A stretch of DNA of 63,067 nucleotides, filler included, from Cercozoa sp. M6MM (Eukaryota; Protista; Endomyxa: Ascetosporea): the NCBI GenBank assembly GCA_040357565.1. It is 6 parts of 6 records of this genome, joined end to end, with 100 filler letters (N's around TTAATTAATTAA, not from the genome) between each part and the next. Parts side by side here need not be neighbours in the genome. Positions count along the whole stretch, not along the records: positions 31,774 to 54,746 come from JBDODJ010000176.1; 5 more parts are not named here. One strand, 5' to 3'. Both the position numbers and the translations under genes were made by a program. Below, piece after piece: positions 34,464 to 47,587 of the stretch (the stretch's first letter is position 1; every line of letters starts with the position of its first letter). The notes under the pieces are model-generated. The model did no database searches. It worked only from the letters and a program-made list of their open reading frames with translations, and was not told the DNA's origin.

Positions 34464-37151
34464 TAGAGATTTAAGGTATCTCTAGTAAATAAACACACGC
34501 ACTGCACACCCGCACTGATACCAATGTCGCATCTAGTACAGAATGCGGACCATTTCGCGTGGCCAACAGAACAGGCGGACCAACGCCGCCCCAATGATAG
34601 GATGGAGATACCTTGCCTCTTTCAGGTGCATAGAATTTCGGTTTAAAGTTGACTGCCTATTAAACACATGCAAAATGCTCAGCACTCACTCGACACATTT
34701 AGAGTCAGCTTCGAGATCTTTTTCTTTAGGGTCGTTTATTTAAGGAGCTCAACTCACAACTCCCCGAATGCACTGTTTAGAAAGCTTACCCGCACGTCCA
34801 GCACGCGTACGCACGTTTTGCGCGCCTCCGTCTGGGAATCAGGCTGACTACCCAGTACAGTATAGCTACAGCAAGAAATTGAACTGACATTGTCACTGCC
34901 CTGCAAGTCAAAGCCGAATGATTGCTAGGTTTAGTTACTGAGCACGCACTCAGATTGCGACTGTCCCAGAGGACCTGTGAGTGTTCGAATCAAGTGTCCC
35001 AGTACTGCACCATCAGTGGCCGACTCCGGATTGGCACCGATACCGACGTAGGCACTCACCCAATCGAAGAAGAGTGGGTCCAGTTGCGTAGCAGTGGCAA
35101 CACCGATGGCCGAATCTGGTGGGCTGCCAGAAACAGGGTCACGGGCCGTAAATGACCCGGCTTCCTTGTTCATGTTGGTCACCGTGACGCCGTTCATCGT
35201 TGCGCCGCCACTGTTTCGAAAAAGTCGTACATTGCTTGGAGAACCGCCAAGCGTTATGTTGCTCCAGGCGCCACTGAGTTGCGACGAGGCGGTAAACCAA
35301 AAAGCAGCGGAAACATCGGTCGAGAGAAAGTTTCCCAACACTTGAAGATCGACGAGGTGGACGGTCGTGGCCGAGCCAATAACGACGCCTACTTTTAGAT
35401 ACACCCAGGATGAAAGATTCCGAAAAGTCGGAAACCAAATAAAAGTGCTGGATGAACGCTCACCATAGAGACGGGTATGATTTGAAGCGAATCCGTTGAC
35501 AGAGGCCCTGTCGGCAACTTGAAGACCACTTACAAATACGAGGTTTGAGTGGAGATTTTTCACGATAAGGTTTTGGTTCCCTCCTTCAACGATAACACCA
35601 CTGGATGAGCAAAAAAACGCAACATTCCGAAGCATAGGTGGCTGATTTGCTAGCTGCGGGGCGTTTAGTTCCAGCCCACGCCCGTACTGAAAACTGCATC
35701 CAGAAACAAATCAACTTTTTGATCTGTAAACACCAAACGTCAACATTTTTATCTTACCGAGTGTGTTGGATGAGAGTGTCCGATGTAAAAATCCGGTTCA
35801 GACCCCAAGAGCCACTCTCGACAGCCGCGGTCTCAACAGTCAGCAAGATTGGCTTCCCTGGCCTTCCGAGCATACGTAATGTTGATCCTTGAGAAGCAAA
35901 GATATTTCCGCTGCTGTGCTGGATGAACGTGAGTTTGGTCCCTAAATGTTAACACCACAAATGAACTAAACTATCTAGTTTTACTGGAAAAGTTCAGTAC
36001 AGCTTAGTCGAAATCATGTATTCTTTTTTACCCGCGTCGACGCACAAGGTTCCTGAGAGACTGATCTTCCTGACATTGTAGCCGTCGACGCAATCCTCAC
36101 TTGGAGAAAGCACGCACACTTCATTGCTGTCGATGCCGTCGTTTGCGTTAAACTCGCACACAGATCCACTAGAAAAGGGACATCCGCTTTGCGACGTGGC
36201 AAAGCCCATTCCGGCGCATGTGAGTACTTCAGTGCACTGCAACATTCCCGTGACGTCGCTGATCTCGCAGTATCTGGAGAGCATCAAATTAAAGTCATCG
36301 TGCTAGCAATCAAGGGAATTAGAACTCGACTGAAAAATGATGCACCCGGAGAGACATTGGGTATCATCGGTACACAACTGCTCTGGCATGCCAAGGCAGC
36401 GATCGAGACCTGGGGGGCACTCTGCATCAGCCCCACACGATTCGTCAGTGTCACAAGATGCGCCGAAGACACAGAACCCGTCGATGCACACGCGACCAAG
36501 CAGTCCACTGCAATCGCTTGTTTCGACACATGGCTGCAGAACATTCGGTGCCGTTGTTGTTGTTGTCGTTTCCGTCGTCGTAGTTGTTGCTGTCGTAGTA
36601 GTTGTTGTCATAGTTGTTGTTGTAGTAGTTGTTGTTGTCGGTTCGATAGTTGTCGTTGTCGTGAGTTCGATGGTAGACGTTGTTGTCGTGGGTTCGATAG
36701 TTGTGGTTGTTGTCGTGGGTTCGATGGCAGTTGTTGTCGTGGGTTCGATCGCTGTCGTGGGTTCGATGGTAGACGTTGTTGTCGTGGGTTCGATTGCTGT
36801 CGTTGTACTTACCGGCATAGGTTGGGAACTCGTGGTCACAGTCGTCGTTGTAGGTTCGTCATCTAAAAACAAGCTCAACATTCCAAGTCGGTCGCGTAGT
36901 TCTCTCGCCCGGAACTGGAGTTCGTCCCGAGATTTTCGCAAGTTCTACCCACATTAGTCGTAAAAAGCGACGAGCTTCAATACCATGCAAAAGGTGTTTT
37001 TAACGGATTGCACTGCCTTGAGTACTCCACGAACGAACTCATTGTTGTCAGACAGCACGGCAAATTCTGATTCGGTTCCGCCCTGAACCAGCGACTCAGT
37101 CCCCGTGAACTGCAACAGAAAGCTGAGCAACAAAGCGAGCCTCCAAATCAT
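34464..37151 (-). CDS. Secreted mucin-like protein: signal peptide, Thr-rich repeat, Cys-rich modules, beta-rich C-terminal region
   Basis: MIWRLALLLSFLLQFTGTES signal peptide; (IEPTTTT)n at ~36550-36860; Cys clusters (CVETSDCSGLLGRVCIDGFCV, CDTDESC, CTDDTQC); long exon 34931-35635 rich in N/V/T/G. Confidence 0.7.
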
Positions 37152-37332
37152 GCTTGCAGTACTAGTCGGTGAGTGCACATAAGTACCGACTGTATTTACT
37201 CGCTCACCCATGCTTGTCGTTTCGCTCGGCTGGTGCGGCGAAACGGCTAAACTCACCCGACCTAAACTGCAGTTATGTAACCAACGTCGGACACCGCTCC
37301 TTCAAGACGAGATACTGACGTCAAAACAGAAC

Positions 37333-37676
37333 GGGTTCTGGGGCGTTCTGGGGCGTTGAAGCCCACTTTTAAATACGCGTGCTAACTATCATCAGTGCAT
37401 GAGCATATAAGATTAGTGCATAACTGAGTGCGTGGAAGTTCCGCTAATCCCGTAAACTCGAAGAAAATTGTGATACAATCCTCTTATTTTGTTGCGTTGG
37501 AGCGCCGGATTCGCATCACCGGCGCTCAATTGCCCGATTTTGTGAAGCCAATTTTCTTCGAGTTTACGGGATTAGCGGAACTTCCACGCACTCAGTTATG
37601 CACTAATCTTATATGCTCATGCACTGATGATAGTTAGCACGCGTATTTAAAAGTGGGCTTCAACGCCCCAGAACCC
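37333..37676. mobile_element. Non-autonomous Mutator(MULE)-like MITE / foldback element
   Basis: Right TIR 37549-37676 (128 bp) is the exact reverse complement of left TIR 37333-37470 apart from one 10-bp tandem duplication on the left. 78-bp spacer; 9-bp TSD AAACAGAAC at 37324-37332 and 37677-37685; termini GGG...CCC. Confidence 0.92.
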
Positions 37677-37878
37677 AAACAGAACACATATCTAAGTAGC
37701 GTAGCGTTAGCACAATGCCGTCAGACCGGACCGATTTTACGATTTTATTTTTTCGTTTTCAATCGAATTGTCCGTTTTGGCAATCTACAGTTACGCCGCG
37801 TTACCGTGTGTATTCACCGTAAGCTATACGCACGGGCTCCCGGTGCTTGACCGTCGCTAGAGTCGCATGCCCACGTGC

Positions 37879-40800
37879 CTAAAAGCCCACAGGCCGCACG
37901 GCCCACTCCTTGAGGTTCTTGCAGAAGGCGTCCTGCCGAAACAATGCACAACAGTGACAAACACGATTCTTCCCCCGATATCAGCGATGATCTACCAAGT
38001 TGCTGATGAACTGGTCGCGCGAAGTACGCACAGCACGCGGCTCAACGTTCTCGGTGAGTGTCACGAAAGCTTGGCGAAGCTGCTCGCTTCGTGAAGCATC
38101 TTGCGTGTGCATCAGCGTCATCTGGAACTGCTCAAAGGCCTGCGGCGCCTGCAGCAGCACCGCGAAGGCGGCACGGCCGAGAGTGCTCGCGTTGCGCACG
38201 TTGTCGAAACTGCCAAAGAAGCCGTGTATATTTACGATGCATTTACGATAGACAAATGGATGAAACAAGGCAACGCACAGAATGCGCAGGAACAGTTGCG
38301 TCAACAGCGATTGCGTCAGTTGCGGACACTGCAAACAACTTAGTTTCATATCATACATCAGCACAGTACAGCACAACTAAAGTGAACCTGTTCACGAATC
38401 AGCTTGTCCAGTCGGATGCTCGCCTAAGCCAACGGTCAAGAAACTCAATCGGTCGAAACAACCAAAGCCAAAGCAAGCACTTACTTGCACTTCGGGCAAC
38501 GACTCGGCACGAGCAAGTCGGCGTGGACGGCCCTTCAGGCAGACCAAGATTAATGTCAAATTAAATTAAACTTGCAAAAAAAGTACCTGTGCACGTTGCA
38601 CAAGGGCAGCCTGTCCTCATACGTACATGTATGATGAAACAAGACAACAAGCAAAAGCAGCCAAGTTACTTGTTGCCACAGGAAGTCGTACAATCGCTCG
38701 ACCACAAGTGCAACGACGGATGAGATTTTTGGATCGGCGTGTTGAATGCCTGGATTCAATACATTCGGATACAATACATTTTACAGATTGCAACAAAACC
38801 CCAAAAAGGATAAAGCAAAAACTACCATCAGCAAGTGAAGTCAGTAGCTGCAACAGCGCAGCGTCCGGCAGCTTGGCCGTTAGGGCCAGGTGGTTGCGGA
38901 ACAGGACTTCGACCAGTTCGAAATACCGCGTCGTCAGCTCCGGGAAAGCAATGATATCCTGCAAACACACAAGTCAGTTCAGTAGCCTACCTTCACAAAG
39001 AGAAGTGAAAGCTTACAGTGAACGGAATCTGGAGTAGCAACTTCACCGTGGTGAACACGGCCTGAAAACAATCCACCAGTCAAATTGCATCGCAGCGAAG
39101 TGAAAGGACAACACGGACCTGCTCAAGTCGTGTGTCGTTGAAGTACTCAAAGACGCCAAAGTTCACGAAATTGCCCGACAAGGAACGCTGGAGTATCTCG
39201 GCGCACAGCATCACTGGCTGGTACAACTACGCACATCAAAGCAATGCTGTAATAGTAACAAAGCACGAACTAACTTTACAAAACTGACCTGGTCATAACG
39301 CGCATTATCGTCGCTGAAGCCCGGAATCTACCATCATGATAGGGGTACAAAGCACAAATTTAACAACCCTAAGAAGCGTACCTCGCCATTCTGCTGGGCC
39401 TGAATGCGCTGCAGCAGGCGCGTGCCAAGTGTTTCGAGCATCTTGGCGGTCTCCTGGAAGAGAATCACGCCGTTCGGCGAACTGGCCGGGAAGTGAATGC
39501 GCGATGATCGGTTGCGCACCTGCGGAACACCGTTCAAACGTCCATCACAGTCAAAGTGAAAGGATCGGCGACTGTTTTTGGTACCAGTTCGGACGCGAAA
39601 CTGAGCATTGACGTCAGCACCTTGGGCTGCGTCCAGCCGGCTTCGATCATTCGCAGCAGCAGCTTGAAGTACTCCGGGTGCAGCCACTAAACAGAAGTGC
39701 GCAAACCAACCGTTCGTTTGTACAAATTCTGAGGATGGGGATGTACCTGCCAGAACAGCTGGTACTGCTGCCGCGTCGTTGTGGCCGACACAACGCCTCG
39801 CAGGTCGTGCATCAGTCCGATGGCCGCCAGAGACACTGCCGAGTTCGGTTGGTCGAACAAGCCTGTTCACACATGAACACGTAGCCATACACCTAAAAAA
39901 TAGAAAGTAAATTAAAGAATACCGCCTCCAGCAGTTCCCTGTAGCATTGCGGCGTTGAGTTTCTCAAACACCACTTCGAACGGGTCTGTTCAGTCAATGG
40001 TAGTTAAAAGGTCTTCATGGACCGTACAGAATGGGACAAGCGTTTACCCATGAACTCGTCAAAGAAGCGATCGCAATTGTGCTCGTGAAACACAATTCTT
40101 CCCTGCTCATTTTGCATGGTTAGAGATACATACATGTTGGTTAAAGGTGTGATAAACCAAGGGATTATGTTTGAAGGAAATACCAAGATGGAGTAGTAGA
40201 TAGTGCGCTGCTCGAAGTTGTCGGCGCGCGCCAGGAACGGAAACCCGTGCTCTGCCGTGTGTCGACCCTGTGTACACATAGGACGGTTCATTTGTACACG
40301 GTTGGATTAGGGGAGTGCTACCTTATCCAGCAAGGCACGAGCTTGTTCGGAACGCACGAGCACCTTGTTGGTCGTGTAGCCATCCGCCAGTGCCTGTCCA
40401 GGTCGACAACATAAAGGCAGAACAGCAGGCAATCTAGAGAGTCAAAGAGAGTCAATTTAGTACCTTAAAGAGCTGCAGCGACTTCTCGACGACGAGCGGC
40501 GCGTCACCCCACAGTCGCAGGTTACAAAGGATCTTGCGCAGCGAGGCGCGAATGATACCAGCATGATCCGTGCCGCCTGTACATTTGAACAGGTGTAAAT
40601 GGGCAGTATAGGCGGGTTGGTACAGATGTACATGGCTACAACACAAACATGTGTATAAAGGAGAGTGGGCGTACCGAGGTGCTCGCGCATGAGCTCAAAG
40701 ATTGGCGAGACCTCCTGTACGCGGCGCTGCGTTTGCTGCAGGCGGTGCTGGCGGCGCTGATCGTGCGTCATGGGTCCGCCTGCAGCATACCCGGTTATTC

Positions 40801-42604
40801 GGTGAGGTAGTAAGGTAGGAGGCAGGGTAGGAAGGAAGGAGGCAGGATAGGAAGGTAGGAGGCAGGATAGGAGTGCGATAGCAGTGCAGGTAGGCAGTAC
40901 CAACGAGTGTGACGTTGACGTCTTCCTCGTCCTCCTCGTCCTCCTCCTATTACAGGGAGGCAGGGAAGGTAAACCACACGGTCACCGGGGGCACAGTAGG
41001 ATACGTAGAGTACGAGGTCTCCTTCAGCCTGCCGCTCCTGCATGGCGAGGACCGTGTTGACGCGACGTTGCATGTGCACATGCGCCTTGCCTATATGGTG
41101 GTCGGGTCAAGTAGGTGGTCGGCAGGTAGGTAGGCAGGTAGGTTACGGAACTGCTCCAGGAAGCGCAGCAACGACAACTCGAGATGTACCGGAATTGGCG
41201 GACTCGCCTGTGTGTACAGCTTGAACAAGTGTTCATAAGGTTAAAGAGATCCGTGGTACATTTGGGCCAGCCTGTGCGCGGTGCTCGAGACGGGTTTCAA
41301 CCATTCGCATCAGCGAGAAGACCTGCGGGGTTAAGAGGTAAGGTGGTAGGAGGGGTAAAAAAGGATACGACGTACAATCGAAGCAAGCTGTGCGTCGATG
41401 TTGAGGTACATTTCGCGCGTAGTACCACCGATCATATCAGTGCCTCCTGCACAAACAAGTTGTTCACAGCCACCCTCGGGGGGGGGGGGTGGTAAGGTTA
41501 CCCGGCGACTGATGCAGCAGCGGCAGCGGCTGATGTACGTGCGTGCAACCGACGAGACCACTCACAACGTACACGAGCCAACTGCATACACAGTAAACAA
41601 GGTTACAAAGATAGTGGGCACAATGTACGAGAGTGCAGCTTCAGCGGTGCAAAGTTGTTGCGCCACCTGTGATTGTCAAAGGGATAGGAGGTGTTAGCAA
41701 TGGACAAAAGATCGAAGCTACATCCTCATGTGACACGGTGGGTGGCAGCTGGCCCGACACGAGTTGCGTCACCATGTTGGCATACGGTTGCATGTGTGCT
41801 TGCAGCTGGTTCCTCAGCTACACCAACAACCGTCACACAAGGCGATCAGTATCAATCACGCTTCAGTTTGGTACCAGCTCGAACGTGCGTGCGTATCGGA
41901 AACGTGCGATAATCGGAACTGTAGTCATCTGAGCCTCCAGATCACCTGTGTGGGGATAAAAAGTAATGGCAAGGCTGAAGCGGGGTAAAACACTGTACCG
42001 ACTTCAAACCATTCGTCGAGGTCCATTTCGCCAGATTCCATGTAGCTAATAACCAGGGACAAAGGTGCGTTGTAAGTGCGTTCAAGGGTACGTGAGAAAT
42101 GTTCCAAAATGTACGATTTGACGGCATTGAGTCGCGTGACAATGTAACTTTCGGCGACCTGCGGAATCACCTCGGCGATGGGACCGGCTACCTGGGCACC
42201 GCCGCGCAGGAAGGGCATCGACACTGTCAGTCGCGACCACAAATCCACCAGGTAGTGCACGCACGTGGCCGACCACTCAAAGTGCTGCAACAAGGAGAGT
42301 AGGGGAAACAAAGGGTAGACGGAGGAGGGTATAGGGACCACAAAGGCGCGCATCGTCAACTTGAGCACCAGCGTGAGCCACTGCGCGAACTGCGCCTGCT
42401 TGATCAACTCGCTCAGCTGGAAGTTCGACTTGATAGACGCCAGCAAACGACACAGTTTCAGCAGAATGTCCTCTGCACACACAAATTCAAAGGCTAGAAG
42501 AACAGTCAACAGACATGAGAAACAAAAGACTACGGTCAGCAAGGAAGCCGCGTTCCTTGTCATCGTCCTAATCATTCAAAATACAAAGTCGAGAACAAAA
42601 TCAA

Positions 42605-42666
<62 letters not shown>

Positions 42667-42676
42667 NNNNNNNNNN

Positions 42677-42734
<58 letters not shown>

Positions 42735-44453
42735 CCTTGCTCAGGCCGGATTGCTCGTGTGCCAGCAGGCGCAGCGAACCGCTAAACAAACGCGTGAGAT
42801 GCTCGACCCGCGAGTTCTACATTAACGATCAAGGTAGGGTAAAGCGAGTGACGGGTGGGCGTAAAACGCACGTCAGTGTAGTAAAGGGAACGACGCGACA
42901 GCGACAGCTGCGTCACCACGTCGAGTGACGTCAGCAGCACACGGCGTGTCGTTGGGTCTGGGAACAGCAAGGGTGAACAAGTAAGGGGTAAAAAGCGACA
43001 GGGTACCAGTGCGACGCGAATCCACCATTCGAACTGCGGTTTCGAAGAAAACATTCGCCGTGCGCGGCGCGTGCATCGTTTGTCTCCTAAAAAAAGTAAA
43101 TGGGAAAAGGTAATTTGTATACCAGGCAGATTTACCACGAGGACGGAATCTGCAACGTGCCGAAGTCGTCGCTCGCTTCGTCCACATTCGTTCCGATAAA
43201 GTCGAATTTAAGCACTATTAAAAGCATCATCAGATAGGTGAACGGGAAAGTGAGAAGCTGGGGTCAGAAAATCATACCAGTGGTGGCCAATTGCGTCGCA
43301 GCGTCCAACAAAGACAACTGCTGCTCGGGCGACGCGCTGTTGCTGCCACTGAGCACCTGTTCCACCTGCGACAACAACTAATGACTGGTATTCAAAGACG
43401 TCAAGACCGAAGGGTATACAGTCGAAGTGGCGATGTTGAACACTTTCTGCAGCTGATTGTCACGGAACCAGCACGCAGCGCGCCGGTGCTCGATCAGAGT
43501 TTTGCTGAAATCACATGAACGAAAGGTACCAAAAACGAACAAAATAAAGCAGCTCAGTCTACCTGCGCAGGTGTGTGTTGAACTCCGACACCAAGGCAGT
43601 CAAAAGACGCAAGCCAATGCCGCAGTGGTCCACCGAGTGCGACAGGAACTTGCATGCCTGATCCACCATGTCTCTGTGAGGGTACAGCAGTTCGCCTGCG
43701 CATATGAAACACATGAACAAACACGCGAAGCCGAGAGCTTAAAATGATACCATTGTCCTGCGAGACTGCAGCCTGGTAGCCGAGGTGGCCCTAAACACGT
43801 CCATTCATATAAAATGTCCCCAAATAAAGAACAAAGCTCAAAACACACCACACGCGCAATGGCCGACATGACGTGTGCACTCACAAACGAAGGTGCCGAC
43901 ATGCCTGTGTTTTACAACAATCAAAGGCAGCCCAAATACAGGCATCAGAAGGCACCATTCTGGGCAAGCCACGTCAGCAGCATGTCGCGAATCGTAATGG
44001 TCAGTTTCAAGTCGAAACGATTCTCAAACTTGGTCAGCAGGATCTGTTAAAGCAACAAAGTGTAAAAACAACAACAAACACACAACTGGTATAAGTCAGC
44101 CGCACCTGCAACGACTGCGCAGCCAGCATGAGTGCCTGCGGGTGCTTGGAATTCAACAACACCGTGCGGCAACATGCCACAAAGTCGGGGTTCTCCTGCG
44201 CTCCACAATCAACTTAACGGCCCACAAAACTTATACGAAGCAATACCTGGAAACCGCTGATTCGAAGGTACTGCTCCGGCGAAGGCGATTGAAGCAGTTG
44301 CTATTTTCAATGTGCGCAGTTAATGATGCAGTTTGCCACAGACATCGCCAGGAACAAGCGCAAGAATACCTCCAATTCCGAGACAAACTGACTCTCATTC
44401 TGCGCGTGCAGTGCGAGCAACGGATCGCTCATCCTTTGCTCCTCCTCTGCCAT
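37879..44453 (-). CDS. XPO7: Exportin-7 (RanBP16/17 family)
   Basis: [23 protein letters not shown]; [20 protein letters not shown]; [17 protein letters not shown]; GLMHDLRG; [16 protein letters not shown]; [14 protein letters not shown]; [15 protein letters not shown]. More than 30 GT-AG introns. Confidence 0.93.
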
Positions 44454-44671
44454 CGCAAGGCACAAACATTAAAAAAATGGAACCTTTGGAACGAGGCACT
44501 CTCGGAAAACGCACCAGCTGTCTAAAATATGCGCGAGCGTGTAACGACAGGCCGTATATTAGATATACAGCACGCTCAAGTCGCTCGTGTTAGCTCTTGT
44601 TGAGGCGGCCGGACTGTGGGGCCAAAAAGCGATGTGTTTTGTTGCAAATGAGAGGCCGTAGCTCTCACTGA

Positions 44672-47494
44672 ATGCAACCTAACTGGTCACGTCGTGCTGC
44701 AACACTGTTCTGTGCGGCCGAGCGTCCAAAACAGCTCTCTGACAGTCCTTATTTTGAACCGGCGCTCAAGATCTACGGCCGTGTAGGCCCACATTGTGAG
44801 CACTAGTGTGTGCATACTTATTTGTGTGACATGGTGGTAACACGCCAGGATTTGGGCGAGCTGGCGCCCGATGTGCGCGATCGTGCATTCGCAGAGCACC
44901 GCGCCTACCTGGCGGCACGGGAGGCGGAAATGCGCGAACACGACGTCTTGCAGGTCCTTTTTATTACCCCTTTAAAGAGGCAGGTCTGAGTTGTGATCAC
45001 GTTGAGTGTTGCAGGTAGGCGACTACTGGGATTACCTCATGAAACGCTCCGAGCACGTCGACAATGTGTGTGCTGAGGAAGTGGACGAAACCGCTGATGG
45101 AGGCCACGCAAGTGAGTTTAAAGTCAAACGCATGTATTTCTGTCAACTGTTAGTTTCTGTAGTTCGATGCGTGACCTACCGCGAGATGGACGAGCGAGTC
45201 ACTGCCGTGGCCCTTGTGTTGCGCAAGCGTCTGCAGCCGCTTCTGACAGAGTGCGAGAGCGTCCCCGCTGTTGCTTTGGTCATGTCAAACGGCATAGACT
45301 TTCTTGTGTCATGGCTTGCTATGGCGAAGCTCGGCATCATCGTACTTTCGTTTTTTTTTCTTTTTTCCTTCGCATGGCAGTCTGTACCGTCTGTGTTGTC
45401 AGGTGCCTCTGATCAACATTCAGTTGCACGGTGCCGCTTTGCAGCATTCGCTTGACGTGAGCGATGTCTGCGCCATCTTTTGTGGCGACGAACACGTGAA
45501 AACGGTGCAAGAGGTGTCAGACTCGCCAATTTGGCGCCTGAGCCAAGTGCAGCACGAAGCGGACGAAATGACTCCACTCGACGCCTGCGAAAACGAAAAG
45601 CTTCGCGCGAAATTTTCGCGACTCCGACGACACGGCATCCTAAACTTTGACTTTGAGAGCGAAGCCAACGAAAGCAATGTTGATGTGCGCGATGCCGATG
45701 CGGCGCAGTTCTTGATTTTCACGAGTGGCACCACGGTTTTTCTGTTTTTTTCAGCCCTTTTTTTCGTTCGCTCTCAACGCAAGTGTAGGGCCCCAGCAAG
45801 GCAGCAATCTTCTCGCATCGGCGCTTTTATGGAGCAGGATTCTCGTGGTGCGGGTCAATGCACCTCGTCCCCGAGGATCGGTGAGTTTTCCAAAAGTAAC
45901 CATGCCGTTCAATACACGCATTATTTTGGCAGGTACTACGTGTGTCTCCCATTGTTCCACGGCAACGGAGGTGTCGTAGCTGTTGCTGCTGCCTGGCAAG
46001 CTGGTATTCTCTCTGCTTTTCGGCGTGCATGCGATCAGACAAATGCACGAAATGCAGGCGCTCGCTTGGTGCTTCGTCGCAAGTTCTCAGCTTCGAAGTT
46101 TTGGAAAGATGTCGCGAACCACGGGTGCACAGCCATGATTTACATTGGCGAACTGTGGCGTTTCTTGTTGAACCGTCCCACTGAGGAGTTCACTCAGTAC
46201 CTCACTGGTACGACTTTCGAACAAACTTGTTGGTCGTGAGTGACCGCAAAATTTGTATTTCGTATTTGCTTTGCAGCAAGCGAGTCTCCCCTGCAGGTCA
46301 TTGCTGGAAATGGCCTCACCAGTGACACTTACTCGCAAGTTAAGCAGCGTTTCGGCGTGCGCTATATCGTTGAGCACTATGGCATGACCGAGATGCCGGC
46401 TGGGCCTTATCTCAACTTTTTCGGGCGTCCAGGTACCTCGTTTTGCTTTGCTTCTTGAGTGCCTTTGACTAGGAGTTTGGGCAGGCGCTTGTGGTTATTT
46501 GCCGCCTCACGTGCGTGAGAGTGAGCGAAACGACACTTTGATCTCTTACGACGTTGACAGTGATCAACCAATCCGGCGGCAGGTAGCATGCAGGGGTGTT
46601 TGTTTTTGTTTTTTTGTAACGTTTTTAATAGGGGCGCTGCATTGACATCGGACATGAAGTGGACAAGCCTGGCATGGCCATTTTCCGGCTGTTGAGTGAG
46701 TATCGTGGCTACCATCGCAACCCTGTGGCAACTGTACTTTTTGTCTTTTCTGGGTGCTACTGGTCCGCGCGGATACATTCACTTACTCAGGAGAAACGCA
46801 TCCTGCGAAATGTGTTCGAGGAAGGCGACGCATGGTTTGCGACAGGTGATTTGTTGCGCATGGACGTCGATGGTTTCTTCTATTTTGTCGATCGCGCTGG
46901 CGACACGTTCCGTTGGAAGGGTGTGCTTCTTTCCTTTCTCGAAGCTGTTGGCTATTCGAGTTTTGAGTAGGGGAGAACGTGGCCACTGGTGAGGTTTCCG
47001 ACGTGATTGCAGAAGTCTCCAGTGTCGTAGAGGCCAATGTTTATGGCGTCAAGGGTTCTTTTGCCTTTTGTTGCTTTGCTTTACCTTTTGTCTAAGTGGT
47101 CTTCTACAGTGCCCCACAGAGGCGGCAGGTGCGGCATGGCATCGCTCTGCGTTGACACGGATGTCGGCACAATCGAAGAAACGCTGAAACAAGTCTTCGC
47201 TGTCACCGAGTCAAAACTGCCGCATTATGCTCGACCTCTCTTCCTCCGCATTGCGTATGCTTTGACTCTTGATTTATCCACCTGGTTTCTTTTTTATTCT
47301 TTACCCCTTCCACCAGCCAAGAGAACGCAAAGACGGCCACGCTCAAGTTCCGCAAGAGCGCCTACGTTGCCGCCGGTTTCGACCCCGTTGAGTGTGACGG
47401 CGACGCTCTTTTCTTCCGCTCTACCGAAGGCTACGTTCCGCTCGACGAGCGCTTGCGCGACAACATCACTCGCGACGCTTCTATGCGACTCTGA
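44672..47494 (+). CDS. Very-long-chain acyl-CoA synthetase / fatty acid transport protein (SLC27/FAT1 family)
   Basis: IFTSGTT|GPSK; [11 protein letters not shown]; [20 protein letters not shown]; YIGELWRFL; GNGL; EHYGMTE; [17 protein letters not shown]; [19 protein letters not shown]; [11 protein letters not shown]. Confidence 0.93.
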
Positions 47495-47587
47495 TTCCTC
47501 CAGGGGTCGAGGTCGAGGTTGCCGTACGTGTTGCTAACATTTGTCAGTGAAAAGAACTAAATAAAAGCGAAGAAGTAAGTCGCGTCG

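Noticed and set aside
40760-42340. Non-canonical introns or introner elements
   Set aside because: All junctions checked are GT-AG, and no two introns share extended sequence similarity beyond simple repeats.
47483-47494. FATP C-terminal MRL as a peroxisomal PTS1
   Set aside because: Non-canonical first residue, and FATP proteins commonly end in RL/KL regardless of location.
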